Shown here: positions 25,939-34,695 of the stretch, piece after piece
How the letters are laid out: every line of letters begins with the position of its first letter
Numbering within the stretch: the first letter of the stretch is position 1
Source: an uncultured bacterium
GTDB lineage: Bacteria > Krumholzibacteriota > Krumholzibacteriia > WVZY01 > JAKEHA01
DNA length: 64,000 nucleotides
Direction: 5' to 3'
NCBI GenBank assembly: GCA_964588695.1
Contig: CAZPQK010000006.1
Span: 196,239-260,238 of the forward strand
Notes under the pieces: generated by a model
What the model saw: only the letters and a program-made list of their open reading frames with translations
Databases searched by the model: none
Told to the model about the DNA's origin: nothing
Made by a program: the position numbers and the translations under genes

Positions 25939-27663
25939 TTGGCTGCTTCCAATAGTGACGGACGGCGCGTTCGCCATGGCGCCTACCCCGAACTCACCTG
26001 GCCCGGTCTTCTCGTTGGATACTTTCTGGGAATTCTGATCACGATCAGCATCGCGTACGCGTCGCTGATCCTGGGATTTTCAATTGAGGGTTCCGAGTTG
26101 GCCGCCATTTTGGGTTTTGGGGTGCTGCGCGGCATCATGCGACGCACCAGTATCGTCGAGAACAACATTAACCAGACAATTGCCAGCGCGGTTAACGGCG
26201 CGTCGTCGGGAATGGTGTTCTCGGTTCCAGCTCTGTTCATCCTGGGCTACACCGAGTTCAACACGTTTTTTATGGTGTTGGGTTGTATGGCCGGGGGCGT
26301 ATTGGGGATTGCGTTTATTATTCCCCTGCGTAAGCAAATGATCGACTTTAACCGCCTGGCGTATCCCGGCGGTATCGCGGTGGCGACCATTCTTAAGTCG
26401 CCGGGCGCGGGTATTCGCAAGACCATGATCATGCTCTGGGCGGCGTTGGCCAGCGCATTGGTGCACGGGCTTGTGTATCAGTGGCAAGGTTTCCACGACT
26501 TACCACTGGGTAACTGGATCGGCATGCCCGAGTTCATGAACGGGGTTTGGTACTTTTCCCTGCTCACTATCGGTACCGGTTTTCTGGCCGGGAAAGGCGG
26601 GGTTTACTTTGTGGTTGGCGGTTACACCTGTTGGTGGATTCTATCGCCAATCTTAAACGCGCAGGGCATGCTGCCGTCGCCGGCCGAAGGCGAGAGTGTC
26701 GAACACGCGTTGCGCTACGGGCTGTTTCGGCCAGTCGGCATCGGTATGCTTATCGGTGGCGCGCTTGCAGGTGTGGTAACGGCTTTCCCGCTGGTTATCG
26801 GCGCTATCCGCAGCATGCAGCAGGCGGCCAAGTCGAAGGCGTCGCACTCGCGCGACGAAATGCCTATTCAACTGTTGTACCTGGCGGTTGCGTTAGCGTT
26901 CTTGCTGTTGCTGTTTATCGGCGTCAACTCCACGCCCGGAATCGGTATCGGTCGCGGCGCGCTAATGGCGCTGTTGGGAACGTTATGGATTTGGATGGCG
27001 GGCGTCATTCTTTCTGAATGCATTGGCCGCACCAACTGGTCGCCGCTTAGCGGGATGACACTTATAGGTGTAACCATCCTGATCATGGTGGCCAGCGGCG
27101 CGGGCGACCAAAAAGCGATCATTGCGTCGGTAATGGTAGGAGCCGCGATGTGCGTTGCGATGTCCCAAGCCACCGACTTGATGATGGATTTAAAAACGGG
27201 TTACCTGGTTGGAGCCACCCCGCGCAAACAGCAGATTGGACAATTCGCTGCGACCTGGTTGGGACCGATCGTCGTTATGTTTCTGTTGGTGACGTTGCAC
27301 AAGGCACATGGCTTGGGTAGCGATGCACTGCCGGCACCGCAGGCGCAGGCGCTCGCTTCGGTGATGAGCGGGATTCTGGGCGGCGATGTTCCCACGCAAA
27401 AGTACGTAGCGGGTGCTGTGATGGGCGGGTTTCTTTCGGCTAGCGGAATCGGCGGTCTGGGTATTCTCGTCGGGTTGGGATTCTACCTGCCATTTAACAT
27501 TGTACTGACTTACACGATCGGTACCATTTGGCGCGTTTTCGTCGACAAGAAGTACGGCCATCGTTGGGCCGACAACATTGGAATCCCCATCGCCGCTGGC
27601 TTTATTGTTGGTGAAGCGTTGGTGGGCGTCGGGGCAGCACTTTACCGCGTATTTCTCGCTTAA
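25939..27663 (+). CDS. OPT-family oligopeptide transporter
   Basis: About 15 TM helices with OPT-like conserved blocks (NNINQTIASAVNGASSG; PGGIAVAT). TTG start with GAAGGAG RBS. Divergent from the GCS2 ligase gene. Confidence 0.7.
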   Translation: MAASNSDGRRVRHGAYPELTWPGLLVGYFLGILITISIAYASLILGFSIEGSELAAILGFGVLRGIMRRTSIVENNINQTIASAVNGASSGMVFSVPALFILGYTEFNTFFMVLGCMAGGVLGIAFIIPLRKQMIDFNRLAYPGGIAVATILKSPGAGIRKTMIMLWAALASALVHGLVYQWQGFHDLPLGNWIGMPEFMNGVWYFSLLTIGTGFLAGKGGVYFVVGGYTCWWILSPILNAQGMLPSPAEGESVEHALRYGLFRPVGIGMLIGGALAGVVTAFPLVIGAIRSMQQAAKSKASHSRDEMPIQLLYLAVALAFLLLLFIGVNSTPGIGIGRGALMALLGTLWIWMAGVILSECIGRTNWSPLSGMTLIGVTILIMVASGAGDQKAIIASVMVGAAMCVAMSQATDLMMDLKTGYLVGATPRKQQIGQFAATWLGPIVVMFLLVTLHKAHGLGSDALPAPQAQALASVMSGILGGDVPTQKYVAGAVMGGFLSASGIGGLGILVGLGFYLPFNIVLTYTIGTIWRVFVDKKYGHRWADNIGIPIAAGFIVGEALVGVGAALYRVFLA

Positions 27664-27674
27664 AGGAGGGAATC

Positions 27675-28226
27675 ATGAGCGCAACGAAAATTGGTTACAT
27701 AATGTTGACGGTCGGGTTTCTCCTGGCGGCATATATGTCGGTACTGGATCGACTCGAAGTTGACTTTGCTAAATTCGGACCGGCGGCGTTGATTGCGATT
27801 GTTGGCGTTGTAGTGGCGCGTCGTGCCACCCGAAAAGCGGCAACTAAAGAAGAAACCGTCGCGGGTAACATTAATGACATCGAGACCAGTTTGGCAGCGA
27901 TTGTCGAAAAGGTCGGCAAGATTAACGCAGAGAAGGACGACATCTTTGTGTATGACTTGCCAAAAACCATCGACTCGATGCTGTTAGACGATCTCGATAC
28001 GTTTGTTAACGCACGCGAAACGATTGGCGTGAAGTATGGGCTGAATGCGTACGCGGAAATCATGAGTCACTATGCGGCGGGCGAGCGATACCTTAACCGC
28101 GTGTGGTCGTGTTCTGCGGACGGCTACGTCGACGAAGCGCACACCTATATTGGCCGCGCCTTCGAGCAGTTCAACGATACCAATCAACTGTTCCAAAAGC
28201 TTAAAGCCGGAGGGGCGATCGCGTAG
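27675..28226 (+). CDS. Hypothetical membrane-anchored protein
   Basis: AAAGGAGGG RBS, two N-terminal TM helices, no recognisable motif. Confidence 0.5.
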   Translation: MSATKIGYIMLTVGFLLAAYMSVLDRLEVDFAKFGPAALIAIVGVVVARRATRKAATKEETVAGNINDIETSLAAIVEKVGKINAEKDDIFVYDLPKTIDSMLLDDLDTFVNARETIGVKYGLNAYAEIMSHYAAGERYLNRVWSCSADGYVDEAHTYIGRAFEQFNDTNQLFQKLKAGGAIA

Positions 28227-28380
28227 GGTTTGGGTTGGGGGGCGACAAGCCCCCCAACATCGTAGATAGAGGGGGATTGGACGCCGGTCCCCCTCGAGTT
28301 GATCGACGGGAACTATCGCGGGAACCCGTTAAAACTGGTTCGGGCTCACAGTCGGAACCCCGTTGTAGTAGGTGTCCGCC

Positions 28381-28409
28381 TTGACGGTGCAGTCAAAACG
28401 CGCTATAAC
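28381..28409 (+). promoter_or_regulatory. Promoter TTGACG-N17-TATAAC upstream of ssb
   Basis: Near-consensus hexamers with 17-nt spacing, followed by a 5'-UTR hairpin GGCGGGGC-gtggt-GCCCCGCC (28418-28438). Confidence 0.45.
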
Positions 28410-28471
28410 AGTGATGTGGCGGGGCGTGGTGCCCCGCCTTTCTATTTTGGACCAAAACGAGGGAGGAAGAA

Positions 28472-28933
28472 GTGAGCGGGGTAAACAAAGTCATACTTGT
28501 CGGGCACTTAGGCCAGGACCCGACTATGCGGTACACGCAAAGCGGCACTGCGGTGGCCAACTTTACGGTGGCTACTTCGGAGCGGTTTAATAACCGTCAG
28601 GGCGAACGCGAAGAGCGCACCGAATGGCATCGTGTAGTCGCGTGGGCTAAGCTTGCTGAGATTTGCGGCAACTACCTGAAGAAGGGCAAGCAGGTGTACA
28701 TCGAGGGTCGGCTACAGACTCGCAGTTGGGAAGACCAGCAGGGTCAAAAACGCTATACCACCGAGGTCGTGGCCAATAACATGGTGATGCTGGGACGCGC
28801 TGGTGAAACCGGCAGCGTTCCGTCTGGTGGCCAGGACTTTCCATCGGATGACTTCGGTCCTGCGCCCAGCGGTGGCGGCGGCGGTCAACCGCAACCGGCA
28901 GTGGGAGACGATGACGACGACCTCCCATTCTAG
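28472..28933 (+). CDS. ssb: Single-stranded DNA-binding protein
   Basis: OB-fold N-terminus ([33 protein letters not shown]...WHRVVAW), Gly-rich linker and acidic tail [11 protein letters not shown] start with GGGAGGAAG RBS. Confidence 0.9.
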   Translation: MSGVNKVILVGHLGQDPTMRYTQSGTAVANFTVATSERFNNRQGEREERTEWHRVVAWAKLAEICGNYLKKGKQVYIEGRLQTRSWEDQQGQKRYTTEVVANNMVMLGRAGETGSVPSGGQDFPSDDFGPAPSGGGGGQPQPAVGDDDDDLPF

Positions 28934-28961
28934 CAAAACTCCGGAAGTCGCTATTGAACGT

Positions 28962-28993
28962 AAAGAGCCCGCGTGAAATCACGCGGGCTCTTT
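28962..28993. terminator. Bidirectional hairpin AAAGAGCCCGCGTGA-aa-TCACGCGGGCTCTTT between convergent ssb and the 29020 gene
   Basis: Perfect 15-bp inverted repeat flanked by A/T runs on both sides. Confidence 0.6.
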
Positions 28994-29019
28994 GCGTCGG
29001 GCAAGGTGAGGTGCAAGGG

Positions 29020-29661
29020 TTAGCCGTCAGTAACCTGGTCGTAGCGCGTCACCACTTCGATGGCTTCGCCGCGGGGCGGCGAAACCTTTGCCGTTACTTC
29101 CAGGCGACCGTTGTCGTCGATCGTAATCCACTGTGTAACTTCGGGGCGGCTTCCTCGGCGAGTCCGCAAGGTAAGTTTCAGGTCTTCCCATTTCGCCCAA
29201 ACTTCGCGCTCGCCTAGAAGCGTTTTGTACTTTCGCTTTTTCCCGTCGGGTATCACCGTCATTGTGTCACCTTTGGCGTAGACCATTCGAATATCTTCGT
29301 CGTTCTGAAGAATCACGATCTCACCAAATCGACCAAGCTGTTCCTGGAGACGCTTCGGATCTGGCGCTCCACCACCGGGCGGTCCGCCCATGCCTCCACC
29401 TCGTCCCGGCCGGCCCATTCCCCCACCCGGGGTACCACCCATTCCCCCGCCCGGCGGTCCGCCCATGCCTCCGTTCGGACCCTTTCCGCGCATGGATTTC
29501 ATTCGTTCTTCCATGATTGCGGCCGGGTCGTCACTCAACTCGGTGTTTATCTTCCAGTGGCCGGCAATATAAAGTCCGTCGGAAAAACCCGCTGCCTGGT
29601 TACTAACTACGATGGGGATGTACACGGACGTTGCCAGCAGTACGGCCAGAAATCTCTTCAT
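29020..29661 (-). CDS. Secreted protein with Gly/Met-rich repeat (GGMGGPPGGGMGGTPGGGMG...), hypothetical (possible metal-binding periplasmic protein)
   Basis: Signal peptide MKRFLAVLLATSVYIPIVVS. A 60-aa low-complexity tract with regularly spaced Met residues. Last gene of the ECF-sigma operon. Confidence 0.55.
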   Translation of the reverse strand: MKRFLAVLLATSVYIPIVVSNQAAGFSDGLYIAGHWKINTELSDDPAAIMEERMKSMRGKGPNGGMGGPPGGGMGGTPGGGMGRPGRGGGMGGPPGGGAPDPKRLQEQLGRFGEIVILQNDEDIRMVYAKGDTMTVIPDGKKRKYKTLLGEREVWAKWEDLKLTLRTRRGSRPEVTQWITIDDNGRLEVTAKVSPPRGEAIEVVTRYDQVTDG

Positions 29662-29672
29662 CGTAATGCTCT

Positions 29673-30614
29673 CTAGTGATGGCCTCGCGATGGCCACAAG
29701 CGTTCCAGCGAATTTAGCTTTTGCATCTGCTCGGCGGAAAGCGCGGCGGCGAGTTGCGATTGCGTCGCGTCGCGCAGTTCCTGATGGCGCACCTTGCGCT
29801 GACTTGGAGTGTTCTTGATTTCTTCCCGAAGCGCAGCACGTTGTTCCATCGCGTCGGCAAAGATGTTGGCCACTCGCGTCCGTTGGCCATCATCCAGTGC
29901 TAACGCGAGCGTCAGCAACTCCACATGCTTGTCCATGCGTTTTTCGGCGCGTTCGCCGTGTTTGGTATGACGCTTTTCCTTCATCGCCTTAATCGAAGCT
30001 TGTTGTTGCTCGGTCAACACGCCTGCCAGGTTGGCGTCGGTGGTTTCACGCAACTTCGTCATAGCTTCGTCGTATGCAGCGTCTCCCAATGCACCGTTCT
30101 TGTGCTGTTCGTTTAGCGACTTGCGTTGTGCCCGGGACGATTCACGAATCTCTTTAAGTGCCTGGCGCTGTTCTCCAGTGATGCCTAGCTCTTTGGCGGC
30201 GCGCATTTTTTTGCGCATGCCCATCTGCTTGCCGTGTCCTTTTGCCTTGTGCTGACGCCTGCGCTCGCTGCGCTTCTCTAGCACAACGTCGACGACACCG
30301 TCGAGTTGTTCGGGGCTAAGCACCGAAGAGGCCGTTGCCAGAAACGTCATGGCGCCGGTGTAGCGGCCCTTGCCGTCGCTGCCTTCGTTCCACGCAGCCA
30401 GTGCGGTCGACAGCGTAGCCGCCTGGTCTTCGTCCAAAGTAACCGCCGTCCTGATGTCGCCAAGCGACAGAACCGGTACCGCTTCTTCGACTTTGGGGGC
30501 GTCGTCCACGGCGAGAGGTTCTTCAGATAAACAGCCCCAGCTCGGGATCATCAGGACGGCGAGAATTGCTGCGGTCCGCAGCGGGCCGGTTTGCGTTGTC
30601 CATGCTTTAAACAT
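29673..30614 (-). CDS. Periplasmic Spy/CpxP/ZraP-like (LTXXQ-repeat) stress protein
   Basis: Start is chosen at the ATG with AAGGAAGG RBS. Signal peptide. Repeated LTxxQ-like motifs (LTEQQQASIKAM, LSAEQMQKL). Highly charged helical sequence. Confidence 0.6.
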   Translation of the reverse strand: MFKAWTTQTGPLRTAAILAVLMIPSWGCLSEEPLAVDDAPKVEEAVPVLSLGDIRTAVTLDEDQAATLSTALAAWNEGSDGKGRYTGAMTFLATASSVLSPEQLDGVVDVVLEKRSERRRQHKAKGHGKQMGMRKKMRAAKELGITGEQRQALKEIRESSRAQRKSLNEQHKNGALGDAAYDEAMTKLRETTDANLAGVLTEQQQASIKAMKEKRHTKHGERAEKRMDKHVELLTLALALDDGQRTRVANIFADAMEQRAALREEIKNTPSQRKVRHQELRDATQSQLAAALSAEQMQKLNSLERLWPSRGHH

Positions 30615-30681
30615 AAGTGTTCCTTCCTTGTGGCGAGCCGTTCTAACCGTTAGGACGCCTGTGTGTAACGCGACTTGCACA

Positions 30682-31149
30682 TTATTTTCGTGGACCAAAA
30701 CGCGGGCTAAAAACCGCCCGCAGAATCCGTTCGCGCTGCTCGGGCGTAATCTCACTGTCGACATCTAACAGTCGGTTGGTTGCACGTTTCGACATCTCCA
30801 AACGAACGCTCGCCATTTCTGTTAGTAACGAGTCAACTTCGGCCCTGGGAACCGGATCCATAAGCATCCGGTCGATGATTGCTTGCTCAAGGGTCTGAGT
30901 TCGATCGGTGAGGTCGGTTATATCGCTCCGAAACTCCCTCATTTCGCGCTTAATAATCGCTCGGTCCGTCGAGTCAAGTTTCGCCCAGCTTGACTTGCCA
31001 TGAGCGGTTTTGTCGAATCGCTTGCCGCGCCAGTGTTTTTCCATTGGCGGCGGCTTCTTTGTCATGTGGACGTATAAAAACGCGCCCAACGCCCCGACGT
31101 TCATGACCGTCAGAATAGTTAGCAGCGTTATTAGAACTCGACTTTTCAT
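30682..31149 (-). CDS. Periplasmic LTXXQ / CnrX-like sensor-accessory protein
   Basis: N-terminal TM/signal anchor. Helical charged sequence containing an LTEM...-type repeat. Start overlaps the anti-sigma stop by 4 nt. Confidence 0.55.
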   Translation of the reverse strand: MKSRVLITLLTILTVMNVGALGAFLYVHMTKKPPPMEKHWRGKRFDKTAHGKSSWAKLDSTDRAIIKREMREFRSDITDLTDRTQTLEQAIIDRMLMDPVPRAEVDSLLTEMASVRLEMSKRATNRLLDVDSEITPEQRERILRAVFSPRFGPRK

Positions 31150-31610
31150 GGGGTTTCCTCGTCAGGGTTGGTCCACTGCCCGGATCCATCGCCAAAGCCA
31201 GACTGTGACCACGCCGTGTAGTAGTCTTCGGCCAGCGTGTCGACATCGCTTATCTCAATAGCTGGCGCTGCGGTTTCGCGGGTGGCAATGGCGGCGTTGT
31301 ATCCAATCACGACGCCGATCAGCAACGCCGCCGTTACCATGCCACCCCCGAGTGCTAGTCGCATCCACGAAGGACGCGAACGGTGTGTTTTGTTGGCGAC
31401 TTCGCCAGCCTCAATTCGCGACGCCAAGTACGGGTCGGGTTCAAGCGAGGGGGCGGCAATGCGACCGTCGGCCAATGTGCGATCCAGAATGTCGAAACGT
31501 CGGGCGCACTGTGGGCAGTTCGCCAGGTGTGCCTTCACTTCCTGACGCTGCTCGGCAGAAAGCCGATCGTCGGTCCAGTCGACATATAATTTGGTTACGT
31601 GTTGTTCCAT
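31146..31610 (-). CDS. Anti-sigma factor (zinc-finger ZAS type) with one TM helix
   Basis: H-x3-C-x2-C motif HLANCPQCARRF near the N-terminus, then a single TM segment (LALGGGMVTAALLIGVVIGY) and a periplasmic tail. Confidence 0.7.
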   Translation of the reverse strand: MEQHVTKLYVDWTDDRLSAEQRQEVKAHLANCPQCARRFDILDRTLADGRIAAPSLEPDPYLASRIEAGEVANKTHRSRPSWMRLALGGGMVTAALLIGVVIGYNAAIATRETAAPAIEISDVDTLAEDYYTAWSQSGFGDGSGQWTNPDEETP

Positions 31611-31643
31611 GTGTTTGACTCAGCCCCGTCGGGTCGAGTGGGG

Positions 31644-32228
31644 TTAAAGTTCGTCTACAAGGTTTCCCAAGGCACTAACGAGTTGTTTCTTGGCGCGATG
31701 AATTCGTGCTTCGACCGCGGAAACCGACAACTCCATTGCGTCCGCTACTTCGCGGTACGACAGTTCTTCGTAGTAATGCAACACCAATGGTACTCGGTAC
31801 TTTGGACCCAACGTTTGAATCGCGGTCCACACCGCTCGCGACCGGGCGCGAACCTCAAGCGTCCTTTGGTGATTACTGTCGGCGTCGGTGACCGTCGGAT
31901 CGGCAATCACTTCGTTCAAGTCATCAAGCGGCCGGTTCTTTTGTAATGTGCGCTTCTCTTTGCGTAAATAACTAAGCGTGTGATTTACGGCTACGCGGTA
32001 AAGCCACGTGTAAACCTGAGACCGGCCGGCAAAGGTGTCCAGTCGTTTATAGACCTTAAGCCACACGTCTTGCGCCAGGTCTTCGGCAGTCTGAGCGTTT
32101 CCGGTCATCCGATATATGACGTTAAGCACCCGTGCACCGTAGGCCTGGTACAGGGCGTCAAAAGTCGCGTCGGTAGCCGCTCCCGACTCGCGATCGTGGG
32201 GGGCTGCTCCCGGATCGATCGAGCTCAT
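31644..32228 (-). CDS. ECF (sigma-70 family, RpoE-like) RNA polymerase sigma factor
   Basis: Region 2 (DLAQDVWLKVYKRLDTF...YTWLYRVAVNHTLSYLR) and region 4 (YREVADAMELSVSAVEARIHRAKKQL). Start is trimmed to the internal ATG (MSSIDP...) because the long upstream extension is Arg-rich nonsense. Confidence 0.8.
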   Translation of the reverse strand: MSSIDPGAAPHDRESGAATDATFDALYQAYGARVLNVIYRMTGNAQTAEDLAQDVWLKVYKRLDTFAGRSQVYTWLYRVAVNHTLSYLRKEKRTLQKNRPLDDLNEVIADPTVTDADSNHQRTLEVRARSRAVWTAIQTLGPKYRVPLVLHYYEELSYREVADAMELSVSAVEARIHRAKKQLVSALGNLVDEL

Positions 32229-32316
32229 TGCCTGCCGGATGGGTTTCAGTGGTTCTTCCTGCCTGTCAAACTTAAGACGCTGCCGGGTGGGTGTCCCTTG
32301 CACAAAAGTGCGTTTT

Positions 32317-32907
32317 TTAAGGGGTGGGCGCCCGGTCGACGACGATAAGGAACGGGACTCTCGAGGCCACGTCGGCCCGGTCGATACCCGTAACTTGCCT
32401 ACCCCCGGAAGCCGCGTTGAGTTCCACCGCCCAGGAGAGAACCGCTGCGGATTCAGCCGCACCGGCTTGATGGCCGGGGTAACAAACAATCGCGAGAATC
32501 CCATCTGGCCGCAGAGCCTCAACGGCCGATTCCAGCGCTCGCACCGTAGATTGTGCCTGCGTTGTAACGGTTTTGTCGGACCCGGGCAAGTAGCCAAGGT
32601 TAAACATGACCGCCGTCACTTGGCCGTGATGCGCGGGGTCGACCCAGGTGGCGATATGTTGGTGGCCTTGTTCGATGAATCGTACGTCGACCCCGGGCGC
32701 GTGCTCGGCGACGAGCGCGCGAGTATTAGCCAGCGCGGAGGGTTGTATGTCGCACGCGTACACGATGCCGGTCGACCCCACAAGCTCGCACAGAAAACGT
32801 GTGTCGTGGCCGTTGCCAGCGGTGGCGTCGACGACAATATCGCCCGGCCGGACACGCGCGGCAACGATGTCGTGGGATTGATGTACCACGCGGTTGCGAC
32901 CAATCAC
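32317..32907 (-). CDS. mnmM: tRNA (mnm5s2U34) methyltransferase MnmM (YtqB family)
   Basis: Near-colinear match to B. subtilis YtqB/MnmM from memory: GDIVVDATAGNGHDTRFLCELVGSTGIVYACDIQ...FNLGYLPGSDKTVTT. Confidence 0.7.
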   Translation of the reverse strand: MIGRNRVVHQSHDIVAARVRPGDIVVDATAGNGHDTRFLCELVGSTGIVYACDIQPSALANTRALVAEHAPGVDVRFIEQGHQHIATWVDPAHHGQVTAVMFNLGYLPGSDKTVTTQAQSTVRALESAVEALRPDGILAIVCYPGHQAGAAESAAVLSWAVELNAASGGRQVTGIDRADVASRVPFLIVVDRAPTP

Positions 32908-33902
32908 ATGAACCGTCCGACATCGAGTTCCGCGTCAAGGGCGGAGCCATCGGTTATGTGTTGGGCAAGCGCCCGCGCCACCGTGGGAGCCATTAACACG
33001 CCCTTCGATCCGAGTCCGTTCATGATACCGATATGGCGTTGGTTGGGGTGTAGGCCGCAAATTGGGCGACCGCCTTGAACGATCGGGCGCACGGCCGCCT
33101 GGTGGTCAATGACCTCGAAGGGAACGCGAAGCCAACGTTTTAGTCGGCCGACAATGTATTCGCGGGCCTGCGTGGTGGTTTTGGTATCACGCGCGTCCCA
33201 GTCGTAGGTAGCGCCAGCTCGAAAGATTCGTTCGCCAACCGGAAACAGCCAGACGCCACCGCGATTAAAAATCGCATCGGCAGGTAAATCGGAAACGGCA
33301 AGGGTAAGGATCTCGCCTTTTGCCGGCCGAAAAGGTATCCCGGGAAATCGGTCCGAAGCCGTCATTGCGACACCGTCACAAAACACGTTGAGCGCGTCGG
33401 GTAGGGGAGCGGTCACGCGCTGGGCGTGCCAGCAATCGGCGAAATAGTTTTGCGTGATTTCTATAAAACGCGCGACGTTGAGATGGCCCGCCAGGTGAGT
33501 CTCGAAAGAGCCGAACGTATTGTCGATCGTATTGGGTATAGGGGTTGAAGCTTCGCACAAACATGACTGGTACTCCTGTCGCGTGCGTCGGTCTTCCCAG
33601 AGCCTTGCTTGTCGTTCTGAATCGAAGAGTCTCACCAGTGGCTTTGGATAAAACAAGGTGGAGTCGGTATCGGTTTCGACATAACGATAGAACGCGGTCG
33701 CTTCGCGCCAGAATTCGACGAAACGCCAGCTTAGTGCGAGTCGAGGACCGGTGATTGGATTGATGATTCCAGCCGCAATCCGGGATGAGGTTGCGGGTTC
33801 GTTACTGTCGTAGATGTCAAAGTGCTGACCCCGCGCATGCAGTTGCCACGCGAGCGTGCACCCGGCAATGCCACCGCCAACAATAACAATCGGCTTGTTC
33901 AT
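32904..33902 (-). CDS. FAD-dependent oxidoreductase resembling the MnmC C-terminal (cmnm5s2U oxidase) domain
   Basis: Dinucleotide-binding start IVIVGGGIAGCTLAWQL. DAO-family size. The 4-nt stop/start overlap with mnmM implies translational coupling. Confidence 0.6.
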   Translation of the reverse strand: MNKPIVIVGGGIAGCTLAWQLHARGQHFDIYDSNEPATSSRIAAGIINPITGPRLALSWRFVEFWREATAFYRYVETDTDSTLFYPKPLVRLFDSERQARLWEDRRTRQEYQSCLCEASTPIPNTIDNTFGSFETHLAGHLNVARFIEITQNYFADCWHAQRVTAPLPDALNVFCDGVAMTASDRFPGIPFRPAKGEILTLAVSDLPADAIFNRGGVWLFPVGERIFRAGATYDWDARDTKTTTQAREYIVGRLKRWLRVPFEVIDHQAAVRPIVQGGRPICGLHPNQRHIGIMNGLGSKGVLMAPTVARALAQHITDGSALDAELDVGRFM

Positions 33903-33947
33903 CGGGCTATTGTAGCAGTTGGTGCTTAGAGTGCGGGACGGTGAACG

Positions 33948-34694
33948 CTACGATTTCGTGTCGTCTGATGGCGTGACCAGGCCAAAGATAGTTCCCGCGG
34001 GATCGGCCATTACCACCAGGTCGCCAATGCCATCGGCGTGCTCCAGAGGTACCTGTACGATCGCACCCAAGCGCCGGGCGCGCTCCATGTCTGCGCCGAC
34101 CGATGCCGTTCGAAAGTAAGGAATCCACGGATTGGGCGGAGAGTGAAAGGGAAGGTCGCGCAGAAACAATCGATCGACATCGTTGTCGTGCAGCGCGTAG
34201 CCGCGCGTGGTCTGTCGCGCCGCGAGCCCCAACGTGGCGGCGTAGAAATCGACAACCCGGCCGGGTGTTTCGGTCCACAGTTCGGCAGTATAGGGAGAGC
34301 CCGGTTGCGGTGGCCACTGGTCGTCGCTGTGGCGGCGGATAAGGGTTAGCCGATTGCCAACCGGATCTTCGATGTCGACCAGGTCGCCCCAACCGTCGTG
34401 CGAATGAAGTCCTTTACGCACGTTGCCGCCAATACGTGGGACCAACGATTCGGCGACGTCGACATCGGCGGACAGGTAAACGTTCCACTGTGACGGGGCG
34501 AACGCACCCATTGCCATAAACGAGTTGGCGAACTCGTACTTGCCATTGAACCAAAGCGGCATGATGCCCCATGGGTCCATGTGCATGGCGCGCGAAGTCC
34601 ACAAGAACAAGTCGCGGTAAAAATTATCGGCAATTAACGAGCGGGGAGTGTTGAGTTCAAGCCACCCGATCGCTCCGGGAAAATGGTTGGGCAT
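33948..34694 (-). CDS. VOC-family (glyoxalase/bleomycin-resistance fold) protein
   Basis: Two-module beta-alpha-beta(3) pattern, about 248 aa. Weak motif-level assignment. Confidence 0.5.
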   Translation of the reverse strand: MPNHFPGAIGWLELNTPRSLIADNFYRDLFLWTSRAMHMDPWGIMPLWFNGKYEFANSFMAMGAFAPSQWNVYLSADVDVAESLVPRIGGNVRKGLHSHDGWGDLVDIEDPVGNRLTLIRRHSDDQWPPQPGSPYTAELWTETPGRVVDFYAATLGLAARQTTRGYALHDNDVDRLFLRDLPFHSPPNPWIPYFRTASVGADMERARRLGAIVQVPLEHADGIGDLVVMADPAGTIFGLVTPSDDTKS

Positions 34695-34695
34695 A

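Noticed and set aside
31644-32597. 317-aa version of the ECF sigma ORF
   Set aside because: The 123-residue N-terminal extension is Arg/Pro-rich without sigma-region homology and would overlap mnmM. The sigma domain starts at the internal ATG (32228).
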